Source of the DNA: an uncultured Neisseria sp. | Lineage (GTDB): Bacteria > Pseudomonadota > Gammaproteobacteria > Burkholderiales > UBA11063 | Direction of reading: 5' to 3' | Length of the DNA: 63,351 bases | NCBI GenBank assembly: GCA_964545465.1 | Contig: CAZJFO010000001.1 | Location: 1 to 63,351 of the forward strand | Part shown: in pieces, positions 20,269 through 30,376 of the stretch | How positions within the stretch are numbered: the stretch's first letter is position 1 | Layout: every line of letters starts with the position of its first letter | Made by a program: the position numbers and the translations under genes | Notes under the pieces: generated by a model | Told to the model about the DNA's origin: nothing | Database searches by the model: none | What the model saw: only the letters and a program-made list of their open reading frames with translations

Positions 20269-20312
20269 AGGTTATAATTCATAGTTTAAGTCTATTAATT
20301 GAAAGATAATGA

Positions 20313-23300
20313 ATGTTTCGATATTTTATAAATAATCCAGTTTTTTCATCAGTAATTTCTATAATTATTGTATTATGCGGTCTTGTTGCAATTTTCAGTT
20401 TGCCACTTGCAGAGTATCCAAATATTGCACCACCAACTATTACTATTAGTGCTCATTATCCAGGTGCTAATGCTGAGGTTATTCAAAAAACTGTAGCTTC
20501 TCCAATTGAAGATCAGATTAATGGTTCCAGTCAGATGATTTATATGAATTCAGTTATGTCAAGTAATGGAGACTACAACCTGATAATAACTTTTGCAACT
20601 GGTACTAATCTAAATGCAGTAATTGGAGATGTGCTAAATCGCTTAAATACAGCATTACCAATGGTACCATCGATTGTGCAAAATCTTGGTGTAACAATGC
20701 GTAAAAGCTCTCAAAATGTGCTGATGTCGATATCAATGCAAAGTGATGGACGCCAAGATATGGTGTATCTAAGTAACTATACGTATCGTGCGATATATAC
20801 CGAATTATCTAGAGTTAAAGGCGTTGGTGACGTTGAAATATCTGGGGCTCGGACTTATTCTATGCGAATATGGTTAAAACCAGATATGATGCAAAAATTA
20901 GGGATTACACTAACTGAAGTCCAAAACGCAATTAATGAACAAAACGTCCAAGTTGCAGTTGGGCAAGCAGGTGCACCACCCACAGTTGGTAAAAGCCTTA
21001 TGGTGGTTAATTTGGTTGGGCAAAGTTATTATAGTGACCCGAAACAGTTTGAAAATATTATTGTTAGAAGTCAAGGCATTCAATACATCAGAATTAAAGA
21101 TATTGCCCGAGTAGAGCTTGGAGCATTTAGCTATGATACTATTAATAAATTAAATAAAAAATCAACAATTGGGTTACAAATTTATCTAGACCCAACAGCA
21201 AATCAACTTCAAGTGCATGGTGAGATTCTAAAAATTATGGAAAAACTGGCTAAACAATTTCCAGATGGGATGAGTTATAGCATAGCTTTTGATAATACCA
21301 AGTTTATCAAAAAAGCATTGTCTAATGTAAGTGATACACTACGAGATGCTTGTATTTTGGTGATTTTTGTGGTGTTTTTATTCTTACAAAAGGCTCGTGC
21401 TACCTTAATTCCAGTATTAACTATTCCAGTTGCCGTTATTGGAACCTTTGCCGGGATGTATGTAACTGGGTTTAGTATTAATAATCTAACTTTATTTGGT
21501 TTGATTTTATCCATTGGTATAGTGGTTGATGATTCTATAGTAGTAATTGAAAACGTTGAACGGATTATGGATACAGAGGGTATTAGTGCCAAACAAGCTA
21601 GTATAAAAACCATGAATGAAGTAGCAAGCGCTTTGATTGCTATTGTACTTGTTTTATGCTGTGCTTTTATTCCATCAGCGTTCTTGGGGGGCTTAACTGG
21701 TATCTTATATCAGCAGTTTGCAATTACTATATCAATTTCAGTAGTACTATCAGGTATCGTAGCACTAACCCTAACTCCAGCTTTGTGTGCAATTTTCCTA
21801 AAAAATCATCAAGCTAATACTAAAAAGGCTAAAGTATTTGAGAAATTCAATGAGGGGTTTGAGTGGGTTACAGATAAATATATTGCAGCAATTAAGTTTT
21901 TATTAAGTTATCGCAGACTCACAATTATAATCTTTGGGCTCGTTTTAATTGTAACAGGATTATTATTTTATATATTACCAGTTGGGTTTATTCCTAATGA
22001 AGATAAGGGCTTTTATATAACTCAGGTTACATTACCTAATAATGCATCATTGCAAAGAACTGAAGCGGTTACTGATGGTTATATTAATCATTTACTTAAA
22101 AATAAAAATATTGAAAATACAGTTAGTTTAATTGGGATTGATGAGTTACATGCTGGTTCTATAAAAACTAATGTGGCAACTATAACAACTGATTTAACTG
22201 ATTGGGATAATAGAAAAGCAGATGTAAATCAATTGATTAAAGATGCCAATGAATATGGTGATGCTTCAAAAGAAGCTAAGTTCATTGCGTATAATCAGCC
22301 TGCAATTGATGGTTTAAGTAGTACTAATGGCATTGAGGTTTATATTCAAGATAAGGTAAACGGAGACTATTTTGCACTAGAGAGTTATGCTAAGCAAATA
22401 ACAGGTATTCTGAATAAGAATAAAGATATTAGCACTAGTTACTTTACCTTTAATCCAAATAATCAAGCGTATAATGTGTTAGTTAATATTGAAATGGCTA
22501 AGTTTTATGGTCTAAAAGTGCAAGATATTTATAATGTTCTTGAGGCTAACTATGGCCCCGATCTGGTGAACTATTTTTATATTATGGGCGATTTATTTTG
22601 GGTTATTTTACAAGGTGATGAACAGTTTAGAAAATCGCCATTCCAGTTAGATAATCTATGGGTTAAAAACTCTAGTGAGTCAATGGTTCCAATAAATTCA
22701 GTAGTAAGTACTGGAATGACTACAGCGCCTGATGTAATTGAGCGGGTTAATGACTTTTTAGCAGCCAAGATAGTAGTTGAACCACGTGATGGGATTACTA
22801 TTCAAGGTGCTATGCGTATAATACAATCGGCAATTGTCGAGGTGCTACCCAAAGAGTATAGTTATACTTGGTATGGAGTTAGTTACCAACAACAAAGTGG
22901 TAATGCAACATCTATTATGGCATTTGCTTTTGGAGTAATTATGATTTTCTTGGTATTAGCTGGTCAGTTTGAAATGTGGAGGCTGCCTATTGTAGTGTTA
23001 ATGGCAATCCCATTTGCATTATTTGGTGCTAGTGGTATATTATTTTTGAGAAGCCTAACTGATGATTTATATTTTCAGATTAGTTTGATTACCTTACTGG
23101 GTTTATCCGCCAAAAATGCTATTTTGATTGCCGAGTTTGCATTGGAGCATTGGAGAGAAGGATTACCAACAGTTGATGCGGCATTAATTGCAGCTAGGGA
23201 AAGATTTAGACCTATTGTGATGACATCTTTAGCGTTTATTCTAGGCACTTTGCCGCTTGCATTTGCTCATGGTGCAAACTCCAATGCAGAGCATTCAGTA

Positions 23301-23459
23301 GGAACTGGTATTATTGGTGGGATGTTAGGTTCTACGTTCATCTCTACTATATTTGTTCCGGTATTTTTTGTGATAATTATGGGCAAGAAAAAGCCAAAAC
23401 CGCAAGAAGATGATGAAGATGCGATGAAGGTTAGCTCAGACCTACTCCCCAAAGACTAA
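20313..23459 (+). CDS. RND (HAE1/AcrB-like) efflux permease 2
   Basis: LPLAEYP, GIVVDDSIVVIEN, GLSAKNAILI, RFRPIVMTS. Confidence 0.95.
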   Translation: MFRYFINNPVFSSVISIIIVLCGLVAIFSLPLAEYPNIAPPTITISAHYPGANAEVIQKTVASPIEDQINGSSQMIYMNSVMSSNGDYNLIITFATGTNLNAVIGDVLNRLNTALPMVPSIVQNLGVTMRKSSQNVLMSISMQSDGRQDMVYLSNYTYRAIYTELSRVKGVGDVEISGARTYSMRIWLKPDMMQKLGITLTEVQNAINEQNVQVAVGQAGAPPTVGKSLMVVNLVGQSYYSDPKQFENIIVRSQGIQYIRIKDIARVELGAFSYDTINKLNKKSTIGLQIYLDPTANQLQVHGEILKIMEKLAKQFPDGMSYSIAFDNTKFIKKALSNVSDTLRDACILVIFVVFLFLQKARATLIPVLTIPVAVIGTFAGMYVTGFSINNLTLFGLILSIGIVVDDSIVVIENVERIMDTEGISAKQASIKTMNEVASALIAIVLVLCCAFIPSAFLGGLTGILYQQFAITISISVVLSGIVALTLTPALCAIFLKNHQANTKKAKVFEKFNEGFEWVTDKYIAAIKFLLSYRRLTIIIFGLVLIVTGLLFYILPVGFIPNEDKGFYITQVTLPNNASLQRTEAVTDGYINHLLKNKNIENTVSLIGIDELHAGSIKTNVATITTDLTDWDNRKADVNQLIKDANEYGDASKEAKFIAYNQPAIDGLSSTNGIEVYIQDKVNGDYFALESYAKQITGILNKNKDISTSYFTFNPNNQAYNVLVNIEMAKFYGLKVQDIYNVLEANYGPDLVNYFYIMGDLFWVILQGDEQFRKSPFQLDNLWVKNSSESMVPINSVVSTGMTTAPDVIERVNDFLAAKIVVEPRDGITIQGAMRIIQSAIVEVLPKEYSYTWYGVSYQQQSGNATSIMAFAFGVIMIFLVLAGQFEMWRLPIVVLMAIPFALFGASGILFLRSLTDDLYFQISLITLLGLSAKNAILIAEFALEHWREGLPTVDAALIAARERFRPIVMTSLAFILGTLPLAFAHGANSNAEHSVGTGIIGGMLGSTFISTIFVPVFFVIIMGKKKPKPQEDDEDAMKVSSDLLPKD

Positions 23460-23503
23460 TATCTAAATACATATTTATTTCAGTATATTTTCAAATTAAA
23501 ATT

Positions 23504-23547
23504 TTCGTTGCTAGACTAAGTTTGGCAGCGAATTTCTTTCATTTTTT
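23504..23547 (+). terminator. Putative intrinsic terminator after the RND genes
   Basis: TTCGTTGCTAGAC-TAA-GTTTGGCAGCGAA stem (with G-U pairs) followed by a T-rich tract. Confidence 0.55.
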
Positions 23548-23564
23548 GCGTACATTACGCAAAA
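23544..23564. promoter_or_regulatory. Perfect inverted repeat, possible operator upstream of the T4SS operon
   Basis: TTTTGCGTA-CAT-TACGCAAAA; TATAAT at 23584-23589; AAGAGGA RBS before ATG 23627. Confidence 0.45.
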
Positions 23565-23626
23565 TTTTCTAAAAACTGTTTCATATAATATCGGTTAACC
23601 TATATTTTAAGTTAAGAGGATTATAT

Positions 23627-23944
23627 ATGTTGCAAATTACTTCATTATTCAAAAAAAATATTTTTATGTTGTCACTTTTATTCTATTCTTTAGCAGCAAA
23701 TGCTGCTGATACCACTGGTATCGCGGGAATCGATGAAATGGTAGGAGCTGGTCAAAGTATCCTTAAGGTTGCAGCAAGGTGGGGTGGGATTCTAACTGTA
23801 GTCATTGGTGCCTTAGCTTTAGGAAGTGGTCGTTTACAAGGTACAGCATCCCAAACAATTTGCAAGATACTTATAGTAATTGGTTTATTAATGGCAGCAT
23901 TTAATTATTTCGGACAAAATGTTAGTTGGGGCTTTAGTTTCTAA
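23627..23944 (+). CDS. trbC: TrbC/VirB2-like pilin
   Basis: Signal peptide ending ANA, two hydrophobic helices, 105 aa, first gene of the operon before virB3/virB4. Confidence 0.7.
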   Translation: MLQITSLFKKNIFMLSLLFYSLAANAADTTGIAGIDEMVGAGQSILKVAARWGGILTVVIGALALGSGRLQGTASQTICKILIVIGLLMAAFNYFGQNVSWGFSF

Positions 23945-23945
23945 A

Positions 23946-24254
23946 ATGACCCGTAAAATTATTATTCATAAATCACTTTATCGTCCAACATTATTTGTTG
24001 GATGTGAGCGTATGCCTTTTACACTTACAGTAACAATAGGTGGTGTGATTATGATGGCATACCAAAACCTCTGGATATCTATATGTGTTTTTATTTACTA
24101 CCTAATCACCATTATGTTAATTCGTCGGGTAAATGAGGATGATCCACAGTTTTTTCTATGTCTCACCAGGTATGTAATTAACTATGCAGATTATTATCCG
24201 GCAAACGAGTTTTATCCGGGTAAACCAGATATTCCGTATTCATTTTTTAAGTGA
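23946..24254 (+). CDS. trbD: TrbD/VirB3
   Basis: IHKSLYRPTLFVGCER...two TM segments...DPQF...YYPA; ATG 23946. Confidence 0.88.
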   Translation: MTRKIIIHKSLYRPTLFVGCERMPFTLTVTIGGVIMMAYQNLWISICVFIYYLITIMLIRRVNEDDPQFFLCLTRYVINYADYYPANEFYPGKPDIPYSFFK

Positions 24255-24264
24255 GTAGAGTTAT

Positions 24265-26823
24265 ATGTTAAATAGTATTTTTCATCAAGGTAAAACAGCC
24301 CTAAAAAACTTTGTGAGTGGTCGAGTATTTGCAGGGAATAACTTTGGATTATCTGATTTATTATTATATGCCAAAATGGTTGATGATGGAATAATCTTAC
24401 AAACTGATGGTTCATTTTTAGCAGCATTCTGGTTCAAGGGATTTGATCTTGAAACATCTACTGATGAAGAGTTGACTATTTTATCATCACAAATAAATAC
24501 GGCATTTAATCTACTTAGCTCTGGGTGGTTATTTCATATTGATACCTTAAGATATAAAGCAATGGATTACACGAAGGAGGCGGATTCATTTTTTCCTGAT
24601 GCTACTAGTAAACTAATTGATAATGAACGAAGAAGTATCTATCAAGGTGAGGGTAATCATTACGAAAATTCATATGCTATTAGTTTTACCTATCGTCCTA
24701 CAGTTGATTTAGGTAGTCGGCTGGGTTTGTTTTTCAGAAAATCTAATGATTCAACAAGTTGCGATTATGCACATTATTTGAGTGTGTTTAAAAATAAATT
24801 ACATGAAATAATTGAACTTCTTACTAAACAAATAAATTTATTACCGATGAATTCAGATGGTATTTTATCTTATATAAGTTGGTGTTTGACTGGAGAGCCT
24901 GTTGAATTAAAGCTACCGATTAAGTATGGAGTTTTTCTCAAGCATTATCTATCTAGCCATGACTTATATGGTGGTGAAAATCCCAAACTTGGTGATAATT
25001 ATATTAAAGCAATAACGCTATCAGGGTTTCCAAGTGAATCTTATCCGGGGATTTTAGACAAATTAAATTATCTTGATTTTGAATACCGCTGGAGTACGAG
25101 ATTTATATTTTTAAGTCAATACGAAGGTAGTAAAGTAATTGATAAGGTTTCAAATCTATGGTACCAAAAAAGAATTAGTGCGAGTGATACCATAAAGCTA
25201 TCATTGTCAATAGATTCTAATATAAAAATTAATCAAAACTCAGATTCACAGTATCAAGATGCCCAATTGGCAAAGTCAATTAATGAAAGTGGTGATGTAA
25301 AGTTTGGCTTTTATACTGCAACAGTGATTTTAATAGATAAAAATTATGTCAATATTAATTATAAAGCTGAACAGGTTAGAGCTCTATTTAGAAGTTTAGG
25401 CTTTCAAAGTCAAGTTGAGAGAATGCATTCTATAGAAGCTTATTTAGGTACCTTGCCAGGCTATTCTTACGCCAATGTCCGTAAATGGCCGATTCATACG
25501 CTAAATCTCTCAGATATTATGCCAAGTACTTCAATATGGTCAGGACTAAGCCATAATCCCTGTAGCTTTTATCCAGAGAATAGCCCACCACTATTTTTTG
25601 CAGGAACTACAGGATGTACACCTCTACGTTTATCGCTACATGTTGCAGATAATGGGCATACTTTGATACTCGGACCTACAGGTTCTGGTAAATCAACATT
25701 ACTTAATTTTATAATTGCTCAACACTTACGTTATAAAAACGCTCGAGTTTTTGTATTTGATAAAAATAGAAGCTCATTGCCTCTATGTCATGGCTGTAGT
25801 GGTAATTTTTTTGATATTGGTCATTCAACTAATAATATTTATTTCCAGCCATTAGCTAATTTAGAGAGTGATCTTGATTTTGATTTTGCGGCTAATTGGG
25901 TTGAGGAGCTTTGTGTTTTAAATGGATTAGCTGATAAATTTAATGATAGTCATCGCTTAGCAATTAGAAAAGCACTAGTTTTAATGCAGCAAGAAACACC
26001 ACAACCACGCAGAACTTTGTCCTACTTTAGACATTTGGTGCAGGATTATGATAAATCAGTTGCTGCTATTTTGGATAATTTTAGTCAGGAGCAAAGAGCT
26101 TTATATGAAACATCTAGTTCATCAAGTGGTCTTGTTAATAAAATTTTTGATGCTTCTGATAACGTTCTTAGTTTTGCACGTTTTAATGTATTTGAAATGG
26201 GTAAGTTAATGGATATGGGGGATAAAGTAATTATTCCAGCACTTCGTTATTTAACCCATGTAATCAGTAAGCAGTTTGACAATGCTTTTCCTACTCTAAT
26301 TGTTTTTGATGAAAGTTTTATATTCTTTAAGCATCCATTATTTAGGGAGCGGATAATTGAATGGATTAAAACTGTCAGGAAATTTAATGTGGCTATCGTT
26401 TTTGCAACACAAGAAATGGCAGATTTAATGAAATATAGCGATTTAAATAGTGCACTTAAAACCAACTGCGCTACCAAAATATTCTTACCAAATAGAAAAG
26501 CATCATCCGCAGAGATTATTGATCAATATAGAGCACATGATTTAAATAAAAAACAAATTGATCTAATAGCTCATGGTGTGTGTGGGGATTATTTTTATTT
26601 TAGCGATTTGGGTACCAGATGTTTTAGCTTAGAGCTTAATAAAAATCAAGCAACCTATGCTTTTGTAGCTAGGACTAGCCAGCAAGATATTAATGATGCA
26701 ATAAAGATTAAAGCGAATTATCCAAATGAATTTGGTGCGGCATGGCTTAAACATTTTGGAATTGATAGTAATTTAGTGAGTCAATGGAATAATTATAATT
26801 TATCTGAGTTTAATAATGATTAA
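24265..26823 (+). CDS. trbE: TrbE/VirB4 ATPase
   Basis: DGSFLAAFWFKGFDLE, YRWSTRFI, GHTLILGPTGSGKS, FDK, LIVFDE, RKFNVAIVFATQ, TKIFLPN. Confidence 0.95.
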   Translation: MLNSIFHQGKTALKNFVSGRVFAGNNFGLSDLLLYAKMVDDGIILQTDGSFLAAFWFKGFDLETSTDEELTILSSQINTAFNLLSSGWLFHIDTLRYKAMDYTKEADSFFPDATSKLIDNERRSIYQGEGNHYENSYAISFTYRPTVDLGSRLGLFFRKSNDSTSCDYAHYLSVFKNKLHEIIELLTKQINLLPMNSDGILSYISWCLTGEPVELKLPIKYGVFLKHYLSSHDLYGGENPKLGDNYIKAITLSGFPSESYPGILDKLNYLDFEYRWSTRFIFLSQYEGSKVIDKVSNLWYQKRISASDTIKLSLSIDSNIKINQNSDSQYQDAQLAKSINESGDVKFGFYTATVILIDKNYVNINYKAEQVRALFRSLGFQSQVERMHSIEAYLGTLPGYSYANVRKWPIHTLNLSDIMPSTSIWSGLSHNPCSFYPENSPPLFFAGTTGCTPLRLSLHVADNGHTLILGPTGSGKSTLLNFIIAQHLRYKNARVFVFDKNRSSLPLCHGCSGNFFDIGHSTNNIYFQPLANLESDLDFDFAANWVEELCVLNGLADKFNDSHRLAIRKALVLMQQETPQPRRTLSYFRHLVQDYDKSVAAILDNFSQEQRALYETSSSSSGLVNKIFDASDNVLSFARFNVFEMGKLMDMGDKVIIPALRYLTHVISKQFDNAFPTLIVFDESFIFFKHPLFRERIIEWIKTVRKFNVAIVFATQEMADLMKYSDLNSALKTNCATKIFLPNRKASSAEIIDQYRAHDLNKKQIDLIAHGVCGDYFYFSDLGTRCFSLELNKNQATYAFVARTSQQDINDAIKIKANYPNEFGAAWLKHFGIDSNLVSQWNNYNLSEFNND

Positions 26824-27472
26824 ACAAAATGTATACCTACATCAATTGGAGAAAGATGGTTGGAATGATATTCAGGCTTATCATATTGAAAATGAATCAG
26901 CTTGGCGAAGTGTTGCTATCGTCGCAATATGTGCTTTGGTAATAGTATCAATATTTGCTATTTATATGGTAAACCAAGATAAGCATAAAGTATTAGTTTT
27001 TGAAAAAGATAGCATTGGGAATATAACAACTCTTGGGTTAGCTAGTAAGACAATTAATGTAGATAATAAAATTATTGCTCATCAGCTAGCAAATTTTATC
27101 ATAGCTTTGAGAGAGGTTCCCAAAGATCCAGTATTAAAACGTAGAAATATTGATATAGTTCATAAAATGATGGATCTGGCAATCAAAGCCCAGATAGATC
27201 AAATGTTTATTGCACAGTATACTAAATATGTTGATACTGTAATTGCAGTTGATTTGAATCAAATTAAACCTTTAGAGTCTGGGAGGTCATGGGAGATTAG
27301 CTGGAGTGAGGAAGAAGTTTTAAGCGATGGTAGCACTGGAAAAACTATTAACTATAGTAGTGTAATTAGTTTTATAAGGAAAGATAGTCTGGATACTAAG
27401 ACACAGCTAGTAAACCCTATAGGGTTATTAATCACGTATATTCATCCTGTGGAGGATATTAATGCAAAATAA
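26816..27472 (+). CDS. trbF: TrbF/VirB8-like
   Basis: WND...AWR TM segment, LANFI, SWEISWSE, C-terminal NPIGLLI. Confidence 0.85.
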   Translation: MIKQNVYLHQLEKDGWNDIQAYHIENESAWRSVAIVAICALVIVSIFAIYMVNQDKHKVLVFEKDSIGNITTLGLASKTINVDNKIIAHQLANFIIALREVPKDPVLKRRNIDIVHKMMDLAIKAQIDQMFIAQYTKYVDTVIAVDLNQIKPLESGRSWEISWSEEEVLSDGSTGKTINYSSVISFIRKDSLDTKTQLVNPIGLLITYIHPVEDINAK

Positions 27473-28646
27473 AGTAATTATTATAATCATATGTATTTTG
27501 GGGTGCTTTAATACGTATGCGAATAAAAGTATTACAAAATCACCTCAAATACAAACTAATTTGGAAGTAATGGAGTTTGATTTTAATTATTCTGGGAATG
27601 TGAATAATATCCCACAGCTATTAAAGCAGTATGATAGCAAATTAGTTATTTTAGTGCCACTAGGAAATAAAAAAGCATTGGATGTTAATTTGAAGCTTCA
27701 AAAAGTTAATATAAATGACATAAATGATGCACTTAAAAGCCAAACTGGTGGGCAGGTAAGCCTAATTTATAATGCAAGTAATAATAGTGTTAAACTTAAC
27801 TTTATAACTGTTACTGATGTTGGTGCTGATGCTGTTAGTGAATCACTTAAATGGCAGCATGGGGTAGCACCAAAGCCGGTTCTTGGTAGAGATGGGATTG
27901 TTCGTTTTCCTTATGGAGAATATCAGCCAGTTATAACATGTAAGCCACTTAATCTATGTGATATTGAGCTTCAAGCTGGAGAGGTGATTGAAGGAATTGT
28001 AATTGCCGACTCTGCTCGTTGGAATGAGGGGGATCAGGGTATACCTGTAGTCTATTCAGGAAGCGGTAGCACTTTGACTGCACATTTGGTATTAAAGCCT
28101 AATGAAGCGGGGATTGATACCACATTACTTGTCACAACTACTAAGCGTACTTATAGTTTTAAATTAAAATCTTCAAATAGTGATTATGTAATTCGTAGTG
28201 GTTTTTATTATCCATCTGACATGATCGAAAAATTTGAAAGTAATAAAGCCAATTTACGTGAAGTAAAAACTGAAGAGGTTGGTAATACTACTAATCCAAG
28301 TTTGAAGATGCCATTAATCAATCTTAGTCGCGTTAACTATGGTTATTCTATAGATGGGGGTAACTATGATTTTAAACCAACACAAGTATTTGATGATGGT
28401 ACTAGTGTTTATATTCAGATGCCGATTGATATAAGCTCTAGAAGCCTACCAGGAGTATGTGTTATTCCTGATGATAATGATAAACAATGTGAAATGGTAA
28501 ATTTCAGGTATAACGAACATTTTTATATTGTTGATAAATTATTTAATCAAGCGAAGCTTATAAATGGTTTTGGAGATTTAGCACAGGTGATAACTATAAA
28601 AAGAACTCCGAAAAAAGGATTCTGGGCAAGGCTATTTGGTGGCTAA
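27462..28646 (+). CDS. trbG: TrbG/VirB9-like outer-membrane core protein with an extra N-terminal domain
   Basis: DGIVRFPYG, CKPLNLCDIELQAGE, HLVLKP, TTTKRTY, PTQVFDDGTSVYIQMP, VNFR...YIVDKLF. Confidence 0.9.
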   Translation: MQNKVIIIIICILGCFNTYANKSITKSPQIQTNLEVMEFDFNYSGNVNNIPQLLKQYDSKLVILVPLGNKKALDVNLKLQKVNINDINDALKSQTGGQVSLIYNASNNSVKLNFITVTDVGADAVSESLKWQHGVAPKPVLGRDGIVRFPYGEYQPVITCKPLNLCDIELQAGEVIEGIVIADSARWNEGDQGIPVVYSGSGSTLTAHLVLKPNEAGIDTTLLVTTTKRTYSFKLKSSNSDYVIRSGFYYPSDMIEKFESNKANLREVKTEEVGNTTNPSLKMPLINLSRVNYGYSIDGGNYDFKPTQVFDDGTSVYIQMPIDISSRSLPGVCVIPDDNDKQCEMVNFRYNEHFYIVDKLFNQAKLINGFGDLAQVITIKRTPKKGFWARLFGG

Positions 28647-28648
28647 TT

Positions 28649-29797
28649 ATGGGTAAACTATTTGATAAGCAAATTAATAATGAAGGACTATCAAGAAAGA
28701 GAATAATCTTTTTTGGTAGTGTATTAGCCATTACTGTTGTAGCGATAGTGTTTTATGGTGCTTCTTCAAATGATAAGACTATAGCATCAGAAGGTATTAC
28801 ACCATATGTAGGTTATAATAATCGTGACACTGATATATTAGCTAAAGTCAAACATATCAGTGAATCAGGTACTATAAATGCTAGTGCATCTAAGGTATCA
28901 GTTAAAGTTGTAGAGTCTGTAGTAAATGTACCACCAATTGTTGATAACGAGGAAGTTCAGTTTAAGAAGCAATTGCTACATCTAAAGCAAAAGCAGTTAC
29001 TTAAGGAAGTTGATTCTGCAAATAATGGAATTAGCTCGAAAACATTGATGTTTAGTAAATTTTCTAAAAATATAGAATCAACAAGTAGTGTAGTTGTTAG
29101 TAATAGCACTTCGACTAATTCGCTAGCTAATCCTGTAGTCTTAAGAAATGAATTTAATTCTGCAAAGAGATACTATGGATCTGAGGTTATTGCTCCTAAA
29201 AGCCCTTATGAGTTAAAAGCTGGAAGTGTAATCCCATCAACTATGATTAACGGAATTAATTCTGATTTACCAGGTGAGGTTATAGCTTTTGTGCGCGATA
29301 ATGTTTATGATAGTGTATCACGGCAATATTTACTAATCCCACAGGGCTCTAAACTAGTTGGTTTATATGATTCAAATGTTGCTTATGGTCAACAAAGGGT
29401 TGCTGTCGCATGGAATCGACTCATCTATCCCAATGGTAGCTCAGTTGATCTAAAAGCAACACCTGGGAGTGATATTGCTGGATATTCGGGGTTTTATGAC
29501 CAAGTGGATAATAAATACTGGCAAATTTTTGGTACAAGTTTCATTATGGGGGTTATTACAGCAGGAATGCAATTGAGTCAAAATAATGTTAGTACCAGTG
29601 TACCAAGTGGAGGCTATTCAAATCCAACAATGGGGCAAACATTAGCCGGAAGTTTGGGGCAACAATTAGGGCAAACCGCATTGTCAGTTACGCAGAAAAA
29701 TTTAAGTGTTGCACCTACTTTAATTATCCGTCAAGGTTATCAGTTTAATATCATGTTAACTGCTGACTTAATATTAGCACCATGGAATAAAAATTAA
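28649..29797 (+). CDS. trbI: TrbI/VirB10
   Basis: SPYELKAGSVIP, GINSDLPG, VYDS...LLIPQGSKLVGLYDS, WNRLIYPNG, PTLIIRQGYQF. Confidence 0.95.
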   Translation: MGKLFDKQINNEGLSRKRIIFFGSVLAITVVAIVFYGASSNDKTIASEGITPYVGYNNRDTDILAKVKHISESGTINASASKVSVKVVESVVNVPPIVDNEEVQFKKQLLHLKQKQLLKEVDSANNGISSKTLMFSKFSKNIESTSSVVVSNSTSTNSLANPVVLRNEFNSAKRYYGSEVIAPKSPYELKAGSVIPSTMINGINSDLPGEVIAFVRDNVYDSVSRQYLLIPQGSKLVGLYDSNVAYGQQRVAVAWNRLIYPNGSSVDLKATPGSDIAGYSGFYDQVDNKYWQIFGTSFIMGVITAGMQLSQNNVSTSVPSGGYSNPTMGQTLAGSLGQQLGQTALSVTQKNLSVAPTLIIRQGYQFNIMLTADLILAPWNKN

Positions 29798-29811
29798 CTG
29801 AAGGAATAACT

Positions 29812-30375
29812 ATGTGGAAAATTATATTATTTATATTATTAACTAATAATACTTTAGCTATTATACCCACAATTGATCAAAATATAGTGTCAAAAGATAT
29901 TGTTACTATGAATACCTATCTATCTACGGTTGGAGGATATCTCTCGAGTATGACTCAAGTAATGACAATTGCACAACAAGTACAGCAGTTGCATAGTTTA
30001 GAGCAGTTACAATCAGTTGGTGCTCAAATTTGTGCACTATGTTCACCAACTGATGCACAGGCTTTAGAGCATTATATCAATAATGTAAATGATGATCTAT
30101 GTTCACAATTTTCTTGGGCAATACAAAATATAACTGGAGTGGTGCGAAATGTAACTAGCATTGCTGATATTCTTTTGGAGTTTCAGACTAATCCTCAAGC
30201 TGCAGCATTGGCTCTTCAGCGTTCTGCTCTAGAGACTGCGGTATCTACTCAAAACACATTGGCACAGATTCAAGTTTTGATGGCACAGCAAGGGCAAAAG
30301 CAGTTGGCTGAGCGTAAACTCGAAAAGCAAAATAATACCGATGCATATATCGGTTTTAGTAAGTCAGGGTTATAA
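29812..30375 (+). CDS. Short TrbJ/VirB5-like secreted protein
   Basis: Signal peptide followed by IPTID (compare the VirB5 IPVxD start), Gln-rich helices, located before trbL. Very divergent. Confidence 0.55.
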   Translation: MWKIILFILLTNNTLAIIPTIDQNIVSKDIVTMNTYLSTVGGYLSSMTQVMTIAQQVQQLHSLEQLQSVGAQICALCSPTDAQALEHYINNVNDDLCSQFSWAIQNITGVVRNVTSIADILLEFQTNPQAAALALQRSALETAVSTQNTLAQIQVLMAQQGQKQLAERKLEKQNNTDAYIGFSKSGL

Positions 30376-30376
30376 G

